64,000 bases of DNA from an uncultured Actinomycetota bacterium (GCA_963828065.1 CAWHDL010000011.1:2537-66536); one strand, 5' to 3'. Counted from the stretch's first letter, positions 1-10,544 are shown. Made by a program: numbers and translations. Notes: generated from the sequence alone by a model not told the origin.

Positions 1-50
1 TGCGGCCATACCTTGTCGACGCCCTCGACCGGGGCATGTCAGCGGTCATG

Positions 51-824
51 TCAGCGGTATAGCGGGCGATCGAGCCAGGAGTGCCGCGGTGCCGCGGGCG
101 CCAAGACGGCCGGATCACCGAGGGCGACCGGCGGCGAGGTGCGCACCTCGGCCGCCACGGTGAACAAGAATCGGCCATCACGCCGCCACCAGCCGGGAAA
201 AACCCGGCCCTCAACGGCGCGGACGGTCAATCCGCCCCACCCGTCGTCGCCCGGCGGGTCCAGCGCGACCTCAACGGAGCGGGTGTCCCGGCGCAGTCCG
301 GTGCGCAGCACCTTCAACGCGCTTTCCTTCGCCGACCAGATCAAGTTCGCCGCCGCGTCGCGCTCCCCACCCACCGGATAGGCGGCGACCAGGCGCTGCT
401 CGGCCGGGGTGAGGAAATCGGCGACGAAGCCAGGCGTTCGCGACTCCACCAACTCCAGGTCGCAGCCGACCGCCGGGGCGTGGATCGGGGATGTCACGCA
501 CACCGCCCAGCCGGCCCTGTCGGAAATCGATACGCCCAAAGCCAGTCGCGTGTCGTCCACGCACACGTACGGCGCGCCGCTGGGCTCATTGCGCACCTCG
601 ATGCCGGCGAGCGCCGTCGGGTCGGTGGCGTGCCCGATCACAGCCGCGACGGCGTGCTTGGTGACCAGCCGGCGCAGGAGGTACTCGGTGCGCCGCTTGG
701 TGTACCGCAGCCCGGCCAGCACGTCCGCCTCACCGGGCGCCAGCCACTGTTGTCCGGGAGGTAGCGCGTCCTCGCCCAGCGCGAGCCACCGATGCCCGCC
801 CGGATCGGCCGGGGGCTGTGGCAT
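51..824 (-). CDS. Sfp-type 4'-phosphopantetheinyl transferase
   Basis: ORF 51..944(-). C-terminal WSAKESALK motif (W/F-x-x-KE-S/A-x-x-K of the PPTase superfamily) and acidic GCDLELVE region. Start placed at ATG 824 (MPQPPADPGG). Confidence 0.7.
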   Translation of the reverse strand: MPQPPADPGGHRWLALGEDALPPGQQWLAPGEADVLAGLRYTKRRTEYLLRRLVTKHAVAAVIGHATDPTALAGIEVRNEPSGAPYVCVDDTRLALGVSISDRAGWAVCVTSPIHAPAVGCDLELVESRTPGFVADFLTPAEQRLVAAYPVGGERDAAANLIWSAKESALKVLRTGLRRDTRSVEVALDPPGDDGWGGLTVRAVEGRVFPGWWRRDGRFLFTVAAEVRTSPPVALGDPAVLAPAAPRHSWLDRPLYR

Positions 825-906
825 GGGCGCCTCCAGGGACAGTCCTTTCCGCCGAATGTGCTGCGGCAACGTGTCCTTTCGTCGGGTCAAGCCGCGTTGG
901 CGGCGG

Positions 907-2229
907 CTAGGTAACAGCGCTGACCGCCGGGGCTGGCACCTCAAGCGGGTCGAGCGAGTTGCCGGGCGGGATCGACAAACAGTTCTGCAGCGCCGGCAGG
1001 CCGGTGAAGCGCTGCTTGATCCAGGAGATCGCGTTGCGTAGCCAGATCCCGGTGCTCGTGATGTGGCTGAGGGCGTCGTACTGCTCGTAGTGGACCTTCG
1101 TGCCCTTCGCGCAGTAGCGGCGGGCCAGCGTGCGCACGTCGCCGGCGATCATCACCCCGTCGCCGGCGCCGATGCCCGGTTTGTCGCCCGGCGTCCACTC
1201 GAGATCACCATTGGCGCCCTGGCCGATGAACAGCGGAATCGTCGGTGTCCCGCCGGCGTCCATGATCAGCTTGTTGGCCATCCTGGCGTAGAGCGGCAGG
1301 CTCTCAGGCGTCGGGTAGTCGGGGCTGACCAGATCGGCCCACGTCAGACCCCCGTACCGGCCGAGGGCGTTGACGATCGACGCGGTCTGCATGTCGTGGT
1401 AGACCCTCGCGCCGTGGTCGCTGAGATAGGGCGTGAAATCGACCTCGAACGCGCGCGCAATGCCGATGAGCGCCATCGGCATGACGCCGGCCCAGAGGTA
1501 GCTGCCCTCGACGTATTGCAGGTTGTGCGCCGGGTGGACAAGCAATCCGCCCATCGCCGCGCCGATCATGCGCCGGTCGAGGTCGGGCGCGTACGCCGGG
1601 GCGAGCTCGGCGGCCCACTCGGTAGCGAGCGCACCGCCGGAGTAGCCGAGCATCGCAACCTTCGCGTTGGGCGGGAGCCCGACGGTCGACGAGTTGAACG
1701 CGGCGCGGATCGAGTCCAGCGTGTTCATCCCGTACTCGGGGCCCGCGGCGAAGTCCGCGCGCTGGCCCTCGGTATCGGGCACGATGACCGTGTATCCGTC
1801 GGCGATGAACAGACCGAAGACCGCGAGCTCGACGGTGGGGACAACTCCGCCGAGCGTGAGTCCGCCCGAGATCGCATACGACGGCTCGTCGTTGCGGTTG
1901 AGCGAGTCGTAGGCGGACTGATACGAGAGCACCTTCGTCTTGTTGCGCTGCACCAGCGGCTGAATGACCGAGGTGACGTTGGCGGTCGGGGTACCGGTTT
2001 GGCTGGTCGACCGGTAGAGCAGCTGTGTGGTTTTCAGCGATGTCGGGACACCCAAGATGTGGTAGGCAATGCTGCGCGTGGCCAGCACCGTTCCCGGCGC
2101 GATGCTCTTCAGCGGCGTGTTGCCGGTGTACGAGTAGAACGGATCATCCTTCGGCTGCGGCATGGCCACCGGGGCGGGCGCGCCACTCGGATCGGGGTAC
2201 CAACCAGTTCGTTGCAGTGGTGCAGTCAT
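907..2229 (-). CDS. secretory lipase (LIP family alpha/beta hydrolase)
   Basis: ORF 907..2346(-). KDDPFYSY...PGTVLATR N-terminal LIP-type signature and GYSGG nucleophile elbow. Start placed at ATG 2229 (MTAPLQRTGWYPDP). Confidence 0.7.
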   Translation of the reverse strand: MTAPLQRTGWYPDPSGAPAPVAMPQPKDDPFYSYTGNTPLKSIAPGTVLATRSIAYHILGVPTSLKTTQLLYRSTSQTGTPTANVTSVIQPLVQRNKTKVLSYQSAYDSLNRNDEPSYAISGGLTLGGVVPTVELAVFGLFIADGYTVIVPDTEGQRADFAAGPEYGMNTLDSIRAAFNSSTVGLPPNAKVAMLGYSGGALATEWAAELAPAYAPDLDRRMIGAAMGGLLVHPAHNLQYVEGSYLWAGVMPMALIGIARAFEVDFTPYLSDHGARVYHDMQTASIVNALGRYGGLTWADLVSPDYPTPESLPLYARMANKLIMDAGGTPTIPLFIGQGANGDLEWTPGDKPGIGAGDGVMIAGDVRTLARRYCAKGTKVHYEQYDALSHITSTGIWLRNAISWIKQRFTGLPALQNCLSIPPGNSLDPLEVPAPAVSAVT

Positions 2230-2405
2230 CGCTCCCCTTTTATCCGTCAACACCCATGTTGCCCGCCAGGGAGCCCCCACAACAGGGACTTTCGACCTTG
2301 CGATAGGTGCCTGAAACCCTAAGAAGCGGCCGGAAACGGACGCCACATCCGCGGGAGGCCGCCGAATTGGCGCCGGTGCGGGTGGCAGGCCGACGTTAGG
2401 GTGTC

Positions 2406-5400
2406 GTGGTGACGACGCAGCCTTTTGTGCCGCCGGGGGAGCCGGCCGCGCCGCCGGGCACCGGTGGCGGCAAGATCGCGGTGGATCCGCCGATCAACGC
2501 GCCGATCCCGCCGCAGCGCAGCGTGTGGGCGATCGTGCTGCCGATCACGCTCGTGGTGGGTGTGGTCGGGTTCATCATCTCGATGTACGCCACCGGGATG
2601 CGCAGCTTCGGCAGCTATGGGCTGTTCGGCGGCATGATGGCGTTCGGTCTGGTCGGCACGCTGATCCGCGGGCGCGGGGCGTCCAACAAGATGTCGCACA
2701 GTGAGCTCACCTCCTACCGGCGGTCGTGGTTCTCCCGGCTGGACGAGGTGCGCGACGAGGTCGACGTGCAGCGCCACCACCAGTGGCAGCACCGCACCCA
2801 TTTCCATTGGGAGCCGAGCCGTTTGGTGGGGGTGGGCGGGTCCGCCCGGATGTGGGAGCGCAGCCCGCGCAGCGACGAGTTCGCGGTGGTACGGGTGGGG
2901 GTGGGCAAGGTCGCACTCGCGATGCAGATCGAGAAGCCCAAGATTCCCGACGCCGCGCACATCGAGCCGGCCACCGGACATGCGTTGCGTAAGTTCCTCA
3001 TTGAGCAGGAATACATCGACGACGTTCCGAAAACGATCTGGCTGCGCCGCTTTCCGGGGCTGTCGCTGATCGGTGAGATGGACGCCGTGCGCGCGGTGGC
3101 GCGGGCGATGATCTGTCAACTGGCGGCCTTTCACAGCCCCGCCGACGTGCAGATCATTGTGGTCAGTTCAGCTCCGTCACAATGGGATTGGGTTAAATGG
3201 CTGCCGCACGTGCAGCACGGCTTGGCCCGCGACGGCTGCGGGGAGCGGCGGCTGGTGTTCTCCTCGCCGGCCAAGCTGGAGGCGTTTCTCGACGAGGCCG
3301 AACCACCGCGCGCCGAGTGGTCGCCGCCGCCGTCGGGCCCGCACGGCGCCGATGGCGGGGGCGCGCTGCCGCTGCGGGTGATCATCGACGATCAGTGCGC
3401 CACCGCCGAGGACTGGGCCGGGCTGACCGGCAACAGCGGCTATGACGGCACCTGCTTTGTCCGGCTGGCGCCGTCGGTGCCGGCATCGCCGGCGTCGGCG
3501 GGCGGCTTCTCGCCGCGCACCTGGGTGGGTTTCGACTCCTCCACGACGTACCGGCTGGCCGACGGGGTGCTGCGCAAGCGGGTGGCCGCCGATGAGCCGG
3601 CGCTGTTCAACGCGTCGCGGCGGCCCGGCGACGAGCTCGACGACGCGTTTTATGCCACCGCCGACCAGATGAGCCTCGCCCGGGCCGAGCAGTTCGCGCG
3701 GGCGTTGGCGCGCTGGCGCGCCCCCGGCGCCGCGGTGGCCGCACCCAGCAGCGACGTTGAGCGGCGCACATTGTTCGACGCGCTGGGGGTCGCCGATCCG
3801 GAGCGGATGGATCTGGACCGGCTGTGGGCGCCGCGGCGCACCCAGGGCCGCGACTGGCTGCGCTTCCCGGTCGGGGTGGACCCGTCGGGTCAGGTGGTGG
3901 AGTTCGACCTCAAGGAGGGCAGTCAGCAGGGCATGGGGATGCACTCGCTGTTCGTCGGGACCACTGGCGCCGGCAAGTCCGAGGGCATCATCACCCAGGT
4001 GGCGTCGCTGGCATTGACCCACTCCCCAGAGGTGGTCAACGTGGTGTTCACCGACTTCAAGTTGAAGTCGGCCGCCGGTGTGCTGGAACGGTTTCCGCAC
4101 GTGGTCGCCTCGGTGAGCAACCTCGCCGACGAACGCCATCTGGTGGGCCGGATGTATGAGGCACTGGACGGGGAGCTGGATCGTCGCGGCGCGCTGTGCG
4201 CGGCGCTGCCGGACTGCCCGGATTTGACCGCCTACAACCAGAAGCGGCTGACCGATCCGTCGCTGCCGCCGGTGCCGGCGCTGTTCATCATCTGCGACGA
4301 GTATCCAGAGCTGCTCTCCGATGAGCAGTGGGGCCCGAAGTATCAGGAGCTGTTCTGGCGGATCGTGCGGCTTGGCCGCGCCTATCACATGTTTTTGCAG
4401 CTGGTCGGTCAGACGGTGGACACCCAGAAGCTGCGCAACGTGCGCAAGCTGCTGGGCTTCACCATCGCCGCGCGCACCGGGCGCGAGGAGGACTCGCGCG
4501 AGGCGATCGGCACCAAGGTGGCTGCCCACCTGCCCGAGACCGGCGCGGAGGGCACCGCGTATCTGCGGGTGGCCCAACGCCAGCCGCGCGAGTACCGGTT
4601 CTTTTTCTCCTCGGCGCCCTACGTGCCGCGGGCCCAGAGCGCTCCGGAGGCGGCGTCGCGGCGGGCGGGCACCTGGTTTGAGCCGCGCCCGTTCATCGCG
4701 ACGCCTGCCGACGACCCCGACGGTCTGCTGGCCGCCCCGGAGCAAGCCCGACCGGCGCCCGCGTCGCCCGCGACCGGCGCGAACCCGGGTCAGCGGGTCC
4801 GCAAGCTTGTCGACGTGGTGATCGAGTCGGCGCAGGCGACCGGGGTGTGGCCGCCGCGCCAGCTGTGGTTGCCGCCGCTGGGGGAGCCGCCGACCGCCGA
4901 CGAGCTGGTGGCGCGGCTGCGTGGGCGGCCCTGGGAGGTCGGCTACGGCGACAACGACGGGCTGCTGATGCCGATCGCGCTCGAGGACCGGCCGCGCGAG
5001 CACCGCCAGGATGTGTATTGCCTTGACCTGCTGAACGATAACGCGCTGATCGTGTGTGCCCCGCAGCGCGGCGCCACCAACGCGGTGATGACGATGGTCA
5101 CCACCGGGTCGCTGATGTATCGCCCGGACCGGGTGCAGTTCTACTGCATCGCCGCCAGCGGACCGCAGCTGGCGGCGATGGCGTCGCTGCCGCACGTGGC
5201 CGCGGTGGCCCCGTTGCTGGACCGCGAGGGCGTCAACCGGCTCATCGCCACGGTGCAGGGCATCGTCGCCGAGCGGGAGCAGATCTTCGCCCGGGAGGGA
5301 CTGAGCATGGATCGGGTGCGGCGGGCCAAGTTCGGGCCAAGCCAACCCGATGGCGGCCGCGCCTATGACGCGGCGCGGCGGGTCGCCGGCGGCGATGTGG

Positions 5401-6560
5401 TGCTGATCGTGGACGGCTGGGCCAACTTCGGTGAGGCCATGCCGGCGCAGACCGATGCGATCGTGGCGCTGATGCGGGCCCGCAACTACGGGGTGCGGGT
5501 GGTGGTGACCCACACCAGCTGGATTTCCGGGCTGCGGATCGCGCTGAAGAATGAGTGCCGTCAGCGCCTGGAGATGGTGCTCACCGACTGGCAGGAATCC
5601 CAAGTCCCCCGCATCGGGGGGCGCCAGCCGGCCCGGGAGGTGCCCGACAGGCCGGGCCGCGGCGTCAGCGCCGACGGGCATCACCTGATGGTGGGGATCT
5701 CGCAGCTGGATGCACCGGCCGGGCGGGTGCCGGCCGAGGAGGTCGGCGAGGTGGTGGCCAGGGTGGCCGGGGCGGACCGCGCCGCCGAGGTGCTGCGGCT
5801 GCCGGAATCGGTTGCGCTGCAGGAGGTTTTGGCCCGCACCAACACGTCGCTGCCGCACACCATGGTGCCGTTCGGGCTGTCGGAATCCACCCTGGCGCCG
5901 GCCTACGTCGACTTCGCCGAGGCGCCGCACATCGTGGCGGTCGGGCAGGGCCAGTCCGGGCGGACCAATTTCCTGCGCACCATGTGCCGGGCGATCATGT
6001 CCCGCTACTCGGCCGACGAGGCGACGATCGCGGTGTTCGATCCGCGCCGCAAGCTGATCGGGGTGGTGCCCGACGACTGGCTGACGGTCTACGCGTACAG
6101 CAGCACCGACATTCGGGAGGCCGTCAAGCAGCTCGGGCAGCTGTTCGCCGGGCGCATGCCGCCGCCGGGTACCAACCAACAGGACATGCTCACCCGCCAA
6201 TTCTGGACCGGGAGAAGGATTTTCGTGCTGGCCGATGACATCACGTCGTGGACCATGATGGACAACCCGTTGCTGGGGCTGGCCGAGCACGTGGAGCGCG
6301 CCGGGGAGATCGGCCTGCATGTGCTCGCCACCGCCGACATCCGCAGCTGGTCCCAGCATTCCCAGGGGCTGGGCACGCTGGGCCGCATCGCCGGCTCGCT
6401 GGCCCCGGTGCTGATCCTGGACGGGCGCCGCCAGCACGGGGTGATCGCGTTCGACCTGCATGCCGAGCCGCAGCGGCCGGGCAAGGGCATCTACGCCACC
6501 GCGGCGGGCACCGACGGGGTGCTGGTGGGCTGGTCGGAGCCGCCGCGGCGAACGCCGTGA
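2406..6560 (+). CDS. eccC: ESX/type VII secretion FtsK-SpoIIIE-type ATPase EccC (single chain, three P-loop domains)
   Basis: 1384 aa, GTG start. N-terminal TM helices, Walker A GTTGAGKSE in domain 1, degenerate P-loops (PQRGATN, GQGQSGRTN) in domains 2 and 3. Lies in a locus with eccB/D/E and mycP. Confidence 0.9.
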   Translation: MVTTQPFVPPGEPAAPPGTGGGKIAVDPPINAPIPPQRSVWAIVLPITLVVGVVGFIISMYATGMRSFGSYGLFGGMMAFGLVGTLIRGRGASNKMSHSELTSYRRSWFSRLDEVRDEVDVQRHHQWQHRTHFHWEPSRLVGVGGSARMWERSPRSDEFAVVRVGVGKVALAMQIEKPKIPDAAHIEPATGHALRKFLIEQEYIDDVPKTIWLRRFPGLSLIGEMDAVRAVARAMICQLAAFHSPADVQIIVVSSAPSQWDWVKWLPHVQHGLARDGCGERRLVFSSPAKLEAFLDEAEPPRAEWSPPPSGPHGADGGGALPLRVIIDDQCATAEDWAGLTGNSGYDGTCFVRLAPSVPASPASAGGFSPRTWVGFDSSTTYRLADGVLRKRVAADEPALFNASRRPGDELDDAFYATADQMSLARAEQFARALARWRAPGAAVAAPSSDVERRTLFDALGVADPERMDLDRLWAPRRTQGRDWLRFPVGVDPSGQVVEFDLKEGSQQGMGMHSLFVGTTGAGKSEGIITQVASLALTHSPEVVNVVFTDFKLKSAAGVLERFPHVVASVSNLADERHLVGRMYEALDGELDRRGALCAALPDCPDLTAYNQKRLTDPSLPPVPALFIICDEYPELLSDEQWGPKYQELFWRIVRLGRAYHMFLQLVGQTVDTQKLRNVRKLLGFTIAARTGREEDSREAIGTKVAAHLPETGAEGTAYLRVAQRQPREYRFFFSSAPYVPRAQSAPEAASRRAGTWFEPRPFIATPADDPDGLLAAPEQARPAPASPATGANPGQRVRKLVDVVIESAQATGVWPPRQLWLPPLGEPPTADELVARLRGRPWEVGYGDNDGLLMPIALEDRPREHRQDVYCLDLLNDNALIVCAPQRGATNAVMTMVTTGSLMYRPDRVQFYCIAASGPQLAAMASLPHVAAVAPLLDREGVNRLIATVQGIVAEREQIFAREGLSMDRVRRAKFGPSQPDGGRAYDAARRVAGGDVVLIVDGWANFGEAMPAQTDAIVALMRARNYGVRVVVTHTSWISGLRIALKNECRQRLEMVLTDWQESQVPRIGGRQPAREVPDRPGRGVSADGHHLMVGISQLDAPAGRVPAEEVGEVVARVAGADRAAEVLRLPESVALQEVLARTNTSLPHTMVPFGLSESTLAPAYVDFAEAPHIVAVGQGQSGRTNFLRTMCRAIMSRYSADEATIAVFDPRRKLIGVVPDDWLTVYAYSSTDIREAVKQLGQLFAGRMPPPGTNQQDMLTRQFWTGRRIFVLADDITSWTMMDNPLLGLAEHVERAGEIGLHVLATADIRSWSQHSQGLGTLGRIAGSLAPVLILDGRRQHGVIAFDLHAEPQRPGKGIYATAAGTDGVLVGWSEPPRRTP

Positions 6561-6567
6561 GGCCATG

Positions 6568-6590
6568 ACGCTGCCGTATGCGACAGCGTC
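6568..6590 (+). terminator. possible stem-loop just after the eccC stop
   Basis: gacgctg-N9-cagcgtc inverted repeat with a 7-bp stem, starting 8 nt after the TGA. No U tract. Confidence 0.2.
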
Positions 6591-6734
6591 GACACGAACA
6601 CGCCAACCCTGATCGCAAAGCACCGCCCGTTTGCGGAAGCACAGCGCTGCCAACCACGTCGACGTAGAATCCGGGCACGGCGGCCGGGCCCAAGAGGTGG
6701 TCGCGACAACGACAACGCGATCGCGATCAAAGGA

Positions 6735-7826
6735 GTGGCCGCCATGGGCATGCTCAACGAGGCTCGGCGCGAATTCATCGCCGCGCCCGACTCTTCCAAG
6801 GGTCAAATGGTCTACAAGTGGCCCGACCACAACATCCGCAAGTACGCCAGGGTCATCGTCGAACCCGACGCGCTGGCTGTCTTCATGAACCAGGGCCGCG
6901 TGATGGGCGTGCTTGCCCCGGGTCAGCATGTCCTCGATGCCAGCGAGCTCCCGTTCCTCGGCATGTTCGTCGACTGGGCCACGAACAGCAACGCATTCAA
7001 GGCCGAGCTTTACTTCGTCGGCAACCGGGAGTATCCGCAATGCCGGTTCGGCGGACGGCTCGACGAGGTCCAGGACCCGCATACCGGCCTGATCGTCACG
7101 CTGCGCATGTTCGGGGAATACGCCCTGCGAGTCACCGATCCCGCACGGCTGATCCTCAACCTCGTCGGGACCGTGGACGTGACCGACAACGAGGCCATCA
7201 CGGGCTGGGTGGCCCAGCAGCTGCTGAAGGTCACCCGCACCGAGGTGACCACGCACCTCATGTCGGGCGAGTGGGCGATTCTGGGCCTGTCGGTGCACAC
7301 TCCCGAGATCGAGACGGCCGCGATGCGCGACTCCAACGAACATCTGGCCGGCTACGGGCTGGCCATCGCCCGATTCGGCAACGTCGACATCAACCTCGAG
7401 GACGAGGACAACGACCGGCTGAGGAAGCTGGCCGGCGACACCGCCTACAGCCGCCTGGCCGGAGGGTTCCTCCAGGCCGCCCAGGCCGAAGCCCTTCAGG
7501 GTGCTGGTGAGGGGATGGCCAAGGGTGGCGGCGCCGTGGGCCCCATGTTCGTCGGCGCCGGTTTGGGCATGGCCGGCCAGATGATGACGCCGCCGCAGGC
7601 GCCCACCCAGGCCCCGCCGTCCGGTCCAGGGTTTGCCGGCGGTGGACCTGGCTTTGTGCAACCAGCCACCCCGCCGCCGGCCCCAGCTCCTGAGGCGACC
7701 GCACCCGCTGCGGCCGAGACCGTCGAGTGCCCGAGTGCCACAGCCAGGTTCGCGCCGGTGCGAAATTCTGCGACGCCTGCGGAACGCCCATGGCCAGGCA
7801 CTGCGCCAACTGCAACGCCGAACTGA
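6735..7826 (+). CDS. SPFH/band-7 domain protein (COG4260, YdjI-like); its C-terminal double zinc ribbon is out of frame
   Basis: 363-aa ORF with an SPFH-like N-terminal two thirds. The expected Zn-ribbon tail (CHSQVRAGAKFCDACGTPMARHCANCNAELSGTAKFCSECG) reads in another frame from ~7733 to a TAA at 7883-7885, implying a 1-nt frameshift near 7731-7735. Confidence 0.65.
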   Translation: MAAMGMLNEARREFIAAPDSSKGQMVYKWPDHNIRKYARVIVEPDALAVFMNQGRVMGVLAPGQHVLDASELPFLGMFVDWATNSNAFKAELYFVGNREYPQCRFGGRLDEVQDPHTGLIVTLRMFGEYALRVTDPARLILNLVGTVDVTDNEAITGWVAQQLLKVTRTEVTTHLMSGEWAILGLSVHTPEIETAAMRDSNEHLAGYGLAIARFGNVDINLEDEDNDRLRKLAGDTAYSRLAGGFLQAAQAEALQGAGEGMAKGGGAVGPMFVGAGLGMAGQMMTPPQAPTQAPPSGPGFAGGGPGFVQPATPPPAPAPEATAPAAAETVECPSATARFAPVRNSATPAERPWPGTAPTATPN

Positions 7827-7965
7827 GCGGCACTGCGAAGTTCTGCTCCGAGTGCGGTACGTCGATCACCCCGCCTTCGGCGTAATCCCGCCCTGCCGCC
7901 ACCGAACCCACCCGACCGCTTCACGGCGGCGAACCGCATCGACACCGATCGAAGGGCTCTGCTAG

Positions 7966-8759
7966 ATGGACCGGATTGAATGTCAGTGGTGTAAGGCCCA
8001 GAACGAGCCGGACCGCACCAGTTGCACGACGTGCGGCGCACCACTGGACGTCAAGAATCGCGTCAGCGAGTCCGGCTGGACCGAGGCGCCTCGGTTGCGC
8101 GACATGACGGAGTTTCGGTTTTCCAACTCGACGTGTCAGATCGAGGGCGAGATCGTCCCGGTGGCCGAGCTGGCGCTGGCGCAGGGCGATGCGGTGTTCT
8201 TCGAGCACCACGTGATGCTCTGGAAAGAGCCCAATGTGCCCTCTCACTGATGAACACCGGTGGCGGGATGAAACGCCTGCTCGGCGGGATGCCGCTGGTT
8301 GTGCATGTCGCCCAGGGGCCGGGCCGCATTGCGCTGTCGCGCGACGCCAGCGGCGAGGTCGTGGTGCTGCCGCTGCACCCTTCGATGGAAATCGACGTGC
8401 GCGAGCACGCCTTCCTCGCCGCGACGCACTCGTTGACCTATTCCTTCGTCCGCATCAAGGGTCTGGCCAACGTGCTCCACGGTGGGAGTGGCATGTACAT
8501 GGATCGGTTCGTTACCCAGTCGTGGCCCGGGCTGCTGCTTCTGCACGGCTACGGCAATGTGTTCCAAAAGACACTGCAGCCCGGGGAGAAGATCCTGGTG
8601 GAGCCGGGGGGCTTTCTCTACAAGGACTCGTCGGTGACGATGAACGCGGTCAAACTCAACGTCAAAACGGGGCTCATGAGCTCGATGTACATGGCCGAGG
8701 TCACCGGGCCCGGTCGGGTGGGAATCCAGTCCATGTATGTCCACCACGGTTCCGGGTAG
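7966..8759 (+). pseudogene. AIM24/TIGR00266-family protein with N-terminal zinc ribbon, split by a frameshift near 8240
   Basis: ORF 7966..8250 (CQWC...CTTCG ribbon, ..FFEHHVMLWKEPNVP) continues as LSLMNTGGGMKRLLGGMPLVV... in the frame of ORF 8022..8759. The two halves are collinear with the intact paralog at 8767-9672. Confidence 0.65.
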
Positions 8760-8766
8760 CACGGCG

Positions 8767-9672
8767 ATGTCGGTGCCGCCGCCCCAAGCCGCCTACACCT
8801 GTCCCTACTGCCGGATGGGCAGTGATGGCACGGATCGAGCCTGTCCGCACTGCGGTGCCCCGGTGAACGTGAGCCTGCGCGTATCTGATTCCGGTTGGAT
8901 CGAGCAACCGCCGATCCGCGACATGGCACGCATCCGGTTCGGCCGTTCGACCTGCCAGATCACCGGCGCGTACGTGCCGGTCGCGGAGATGGAGCTGCAC
9001 GACGACGACTGGGTGTATTTCTCTCATCACGCCCTGTTGCACGCCGATCCGACCGTGCGCCTGGCCACCCTGCCGATGAAGGGCGGCTGGAACCGGATGT
9101 TGGCCGGTATGCCGCTGATAATGATGCGCGCCCAAGGTCCCGGGCACATCGCGTTCAGTGCCGACAAGCCGGGGGAGACGCTGGCCGTGCCGCTGGCTCC
9201 CGGCTGGGGCATCGATGTCGTCGAGCACCGTTTCCTTGTCGCCACCGGCAACGTCGGCTACACCTGGCAACCGGCCAGCGTGTGGTTCACGACGCGTTCC
9301 GGTGACGAAAAGGAGACGCACTATCCGCTGGGCATGTCCATGGACCGCTTCGCGGCCGCGGACAGCAACGGCCTGCTGCTCCTGCACGCCCACGGCAACA
9401 CGTTCATCCGGGACTTGCAAGTCAATCAGCAGATTCTGGTGCAGCCGAGCGCGTTGGTGTGGAAGGACCAGTCGGTCAGCATGTTCCTGCACTTTGAGTA
9501 CGCCAGTACCGCTTCGTGGGCCGGTTCACCGTTCTCAACGTATTACGACCCCAAGACCGTCTGGTTGGCGCTGCAGGGACCGGGCCGGGTGGCCATCAAG
9601 TCGGTGTTCCAACATCCCGAACCGGTCGGCCCGGTCTATCAAGCGTCGGCGCACACGACGGCGGCCTGGTAG
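8767..9672 (+). CDS. AIM24/TIGR00266-family protein with N-terminal zinc ribbon (intact paralog)
   Basis: ORF 8737..9672. CPYC...CPHCG ribbon, then an AIM24-like body (GGWNRMLAGMPLIMMRAQGPGHIAF). ATG 8767 chosen because 8737 overlaps the upstream gene. Confidence 0.7.
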   Translation: MSVPPPQAAYTCPYCRMGSDGTDRACPHCGAPVNVSLRVSDSGWIEQPPIRDMARIRFGRSTCQITGAYVPVAEMELHDDDWVYFSHHALLHADPTVRLATLPMKGGWNRMLAGMPLIMMRAQGPGHIAFSADKPGETLAVPLAPGWGIDVVEHRFLVATGNVGYTWQPASVWFTTRSGDEKETHYPLGMSMDRFAAADSNGLLLLHAHGNTFIRDLQVNQQILVQPSALVWKDQSVSMFLHFEYASTASWAGSPFSTYYDPKTVWLALQGPGRVAIKSVFQHPEPVGPVYQASAHTTAAW

Positions 9673-9681
9673 CCGATCCGC

Positions 9682-10347
9682 TCAGGGCATACGCGAGTAG
9701 GAGGAGCCGTAGAACCGAGACCTCCAGGGTCTCCAGCCCAGCCGCCACTTCATCGTCCAGGCGATCAGCAGGACGACGAAGCTGGCGAGGATGAGAAAGG
9801 CGCCGAGGCCGAGGAGGCCCCAGGTCATCGGCTGTACCTTCGCGATCTGAGCCGCGCAGGCTGCCCTCAGGCTGCCGCCGCCGCCGAACTGGTAGTAGGC
9901 ATCGTGACCAAACTTGGCGTCGAAAACGTTCCCACACCGCGCTGTCTGCCCGCCCTGGGACACTCGCTGGATCTTGACGCCGACGCTGAAGCCGTAAATG
10001 AGAGCACCGATCCCCCCGATAAAGAGGACGGTGCGCAAGAACCCGATGAGGCGCAGGCCGAAGCTGCTCTTACCGGCTGACCAGAAGGCCGCCGGACCCG
10101 GCGGCTGGGCGAGTGGTGAACCAAATGGTGCCCCGGGAAACGGCTGGCCAACTGGCGAACCAATTTGTGGCCCCGGAACCAGCAGTGGCGCGGGAAACGA
10201 GGGTTGTGGTGGCGCCGGAAACGAGGCGTGCGCGGCGGCGGGGTCGGCCGGCTGCGCGGGCATTTCCTGGTCGTGAGCCGCCGCCTTCGCGTCGGCGAGT
10301 TGACGTTCCAGCTCGGCGATGCGTTGCTCGGCGTCGTCCTGGGTCAT
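9682..10347 (-). CDS. hypothetical membrane protein (coiled-coil N-terminus, Pro-rich linker, two TM segments)
   Basis: ORF 9682..10470(-). Start placed at ATG 10347 (MTQDDAEQRIAELERQLADAK). Hydrophobic segments LRLIGFLRTVLFIGGIGALIYGF and WGLLGLGAFLILASFVVLLIAW. Confidence 0.5.
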   Translation of the reverse strand: MTQDDAEQRIAELERQLADAKAAAHDQEMPAQPADPAAAHASFPAPPQPSFPAPLLVPGPQIGSPVGQPFPGAPFGSPLAQPPGPAAFWSAGKSSFGLRLIGFLRTVLFIGGIGALIYGFSVGVKIQRVSQGGQTARCGNVFDAKFGHDAYYQFGGGGSLRAACAAQIAKVQPMTWGLLGLGAFLILASFVVLLIAWTMKWRLGWRPWRSRFYGSSYSRMP

Positions 10348-10544
10348 CGGCAAATGTTCCCACACCGAAGCCACGGCGGCAGCAAATCGAGCTGTCCCGC
10401 AAACGCTCTGTGCTCGGCACGACGTACTCCATCGCGGGGTTGGGCGCCGAGAAGTTCGCGCAGCGACCACTGCTGCGGTGTGCTTACGATAGGCGCACGT
10501 GCCGTTGCCGGGCGCGCCTCACATGTCCTCGGGGAGGCATTTCG

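Noticed and set aside
2397-2402. TAGGGT -10-like hexamer suggesting a leaderless eccC transcript
   Set aside because: Its spacing to GTG 2406 (3 nt) is too short, and the fit to the next GTG is only marginal. It cannot be supported from sequence alone.
3177-7661. 1494-aa minus-strand ORF covering eccC and the SPFH gene
   Set aside because: It is antisense to two well-supported genes, has an Arg/Gly/Pro/His-dominated low-complexity composition and no motifs. This is a typical GC-rich shadow ORF.
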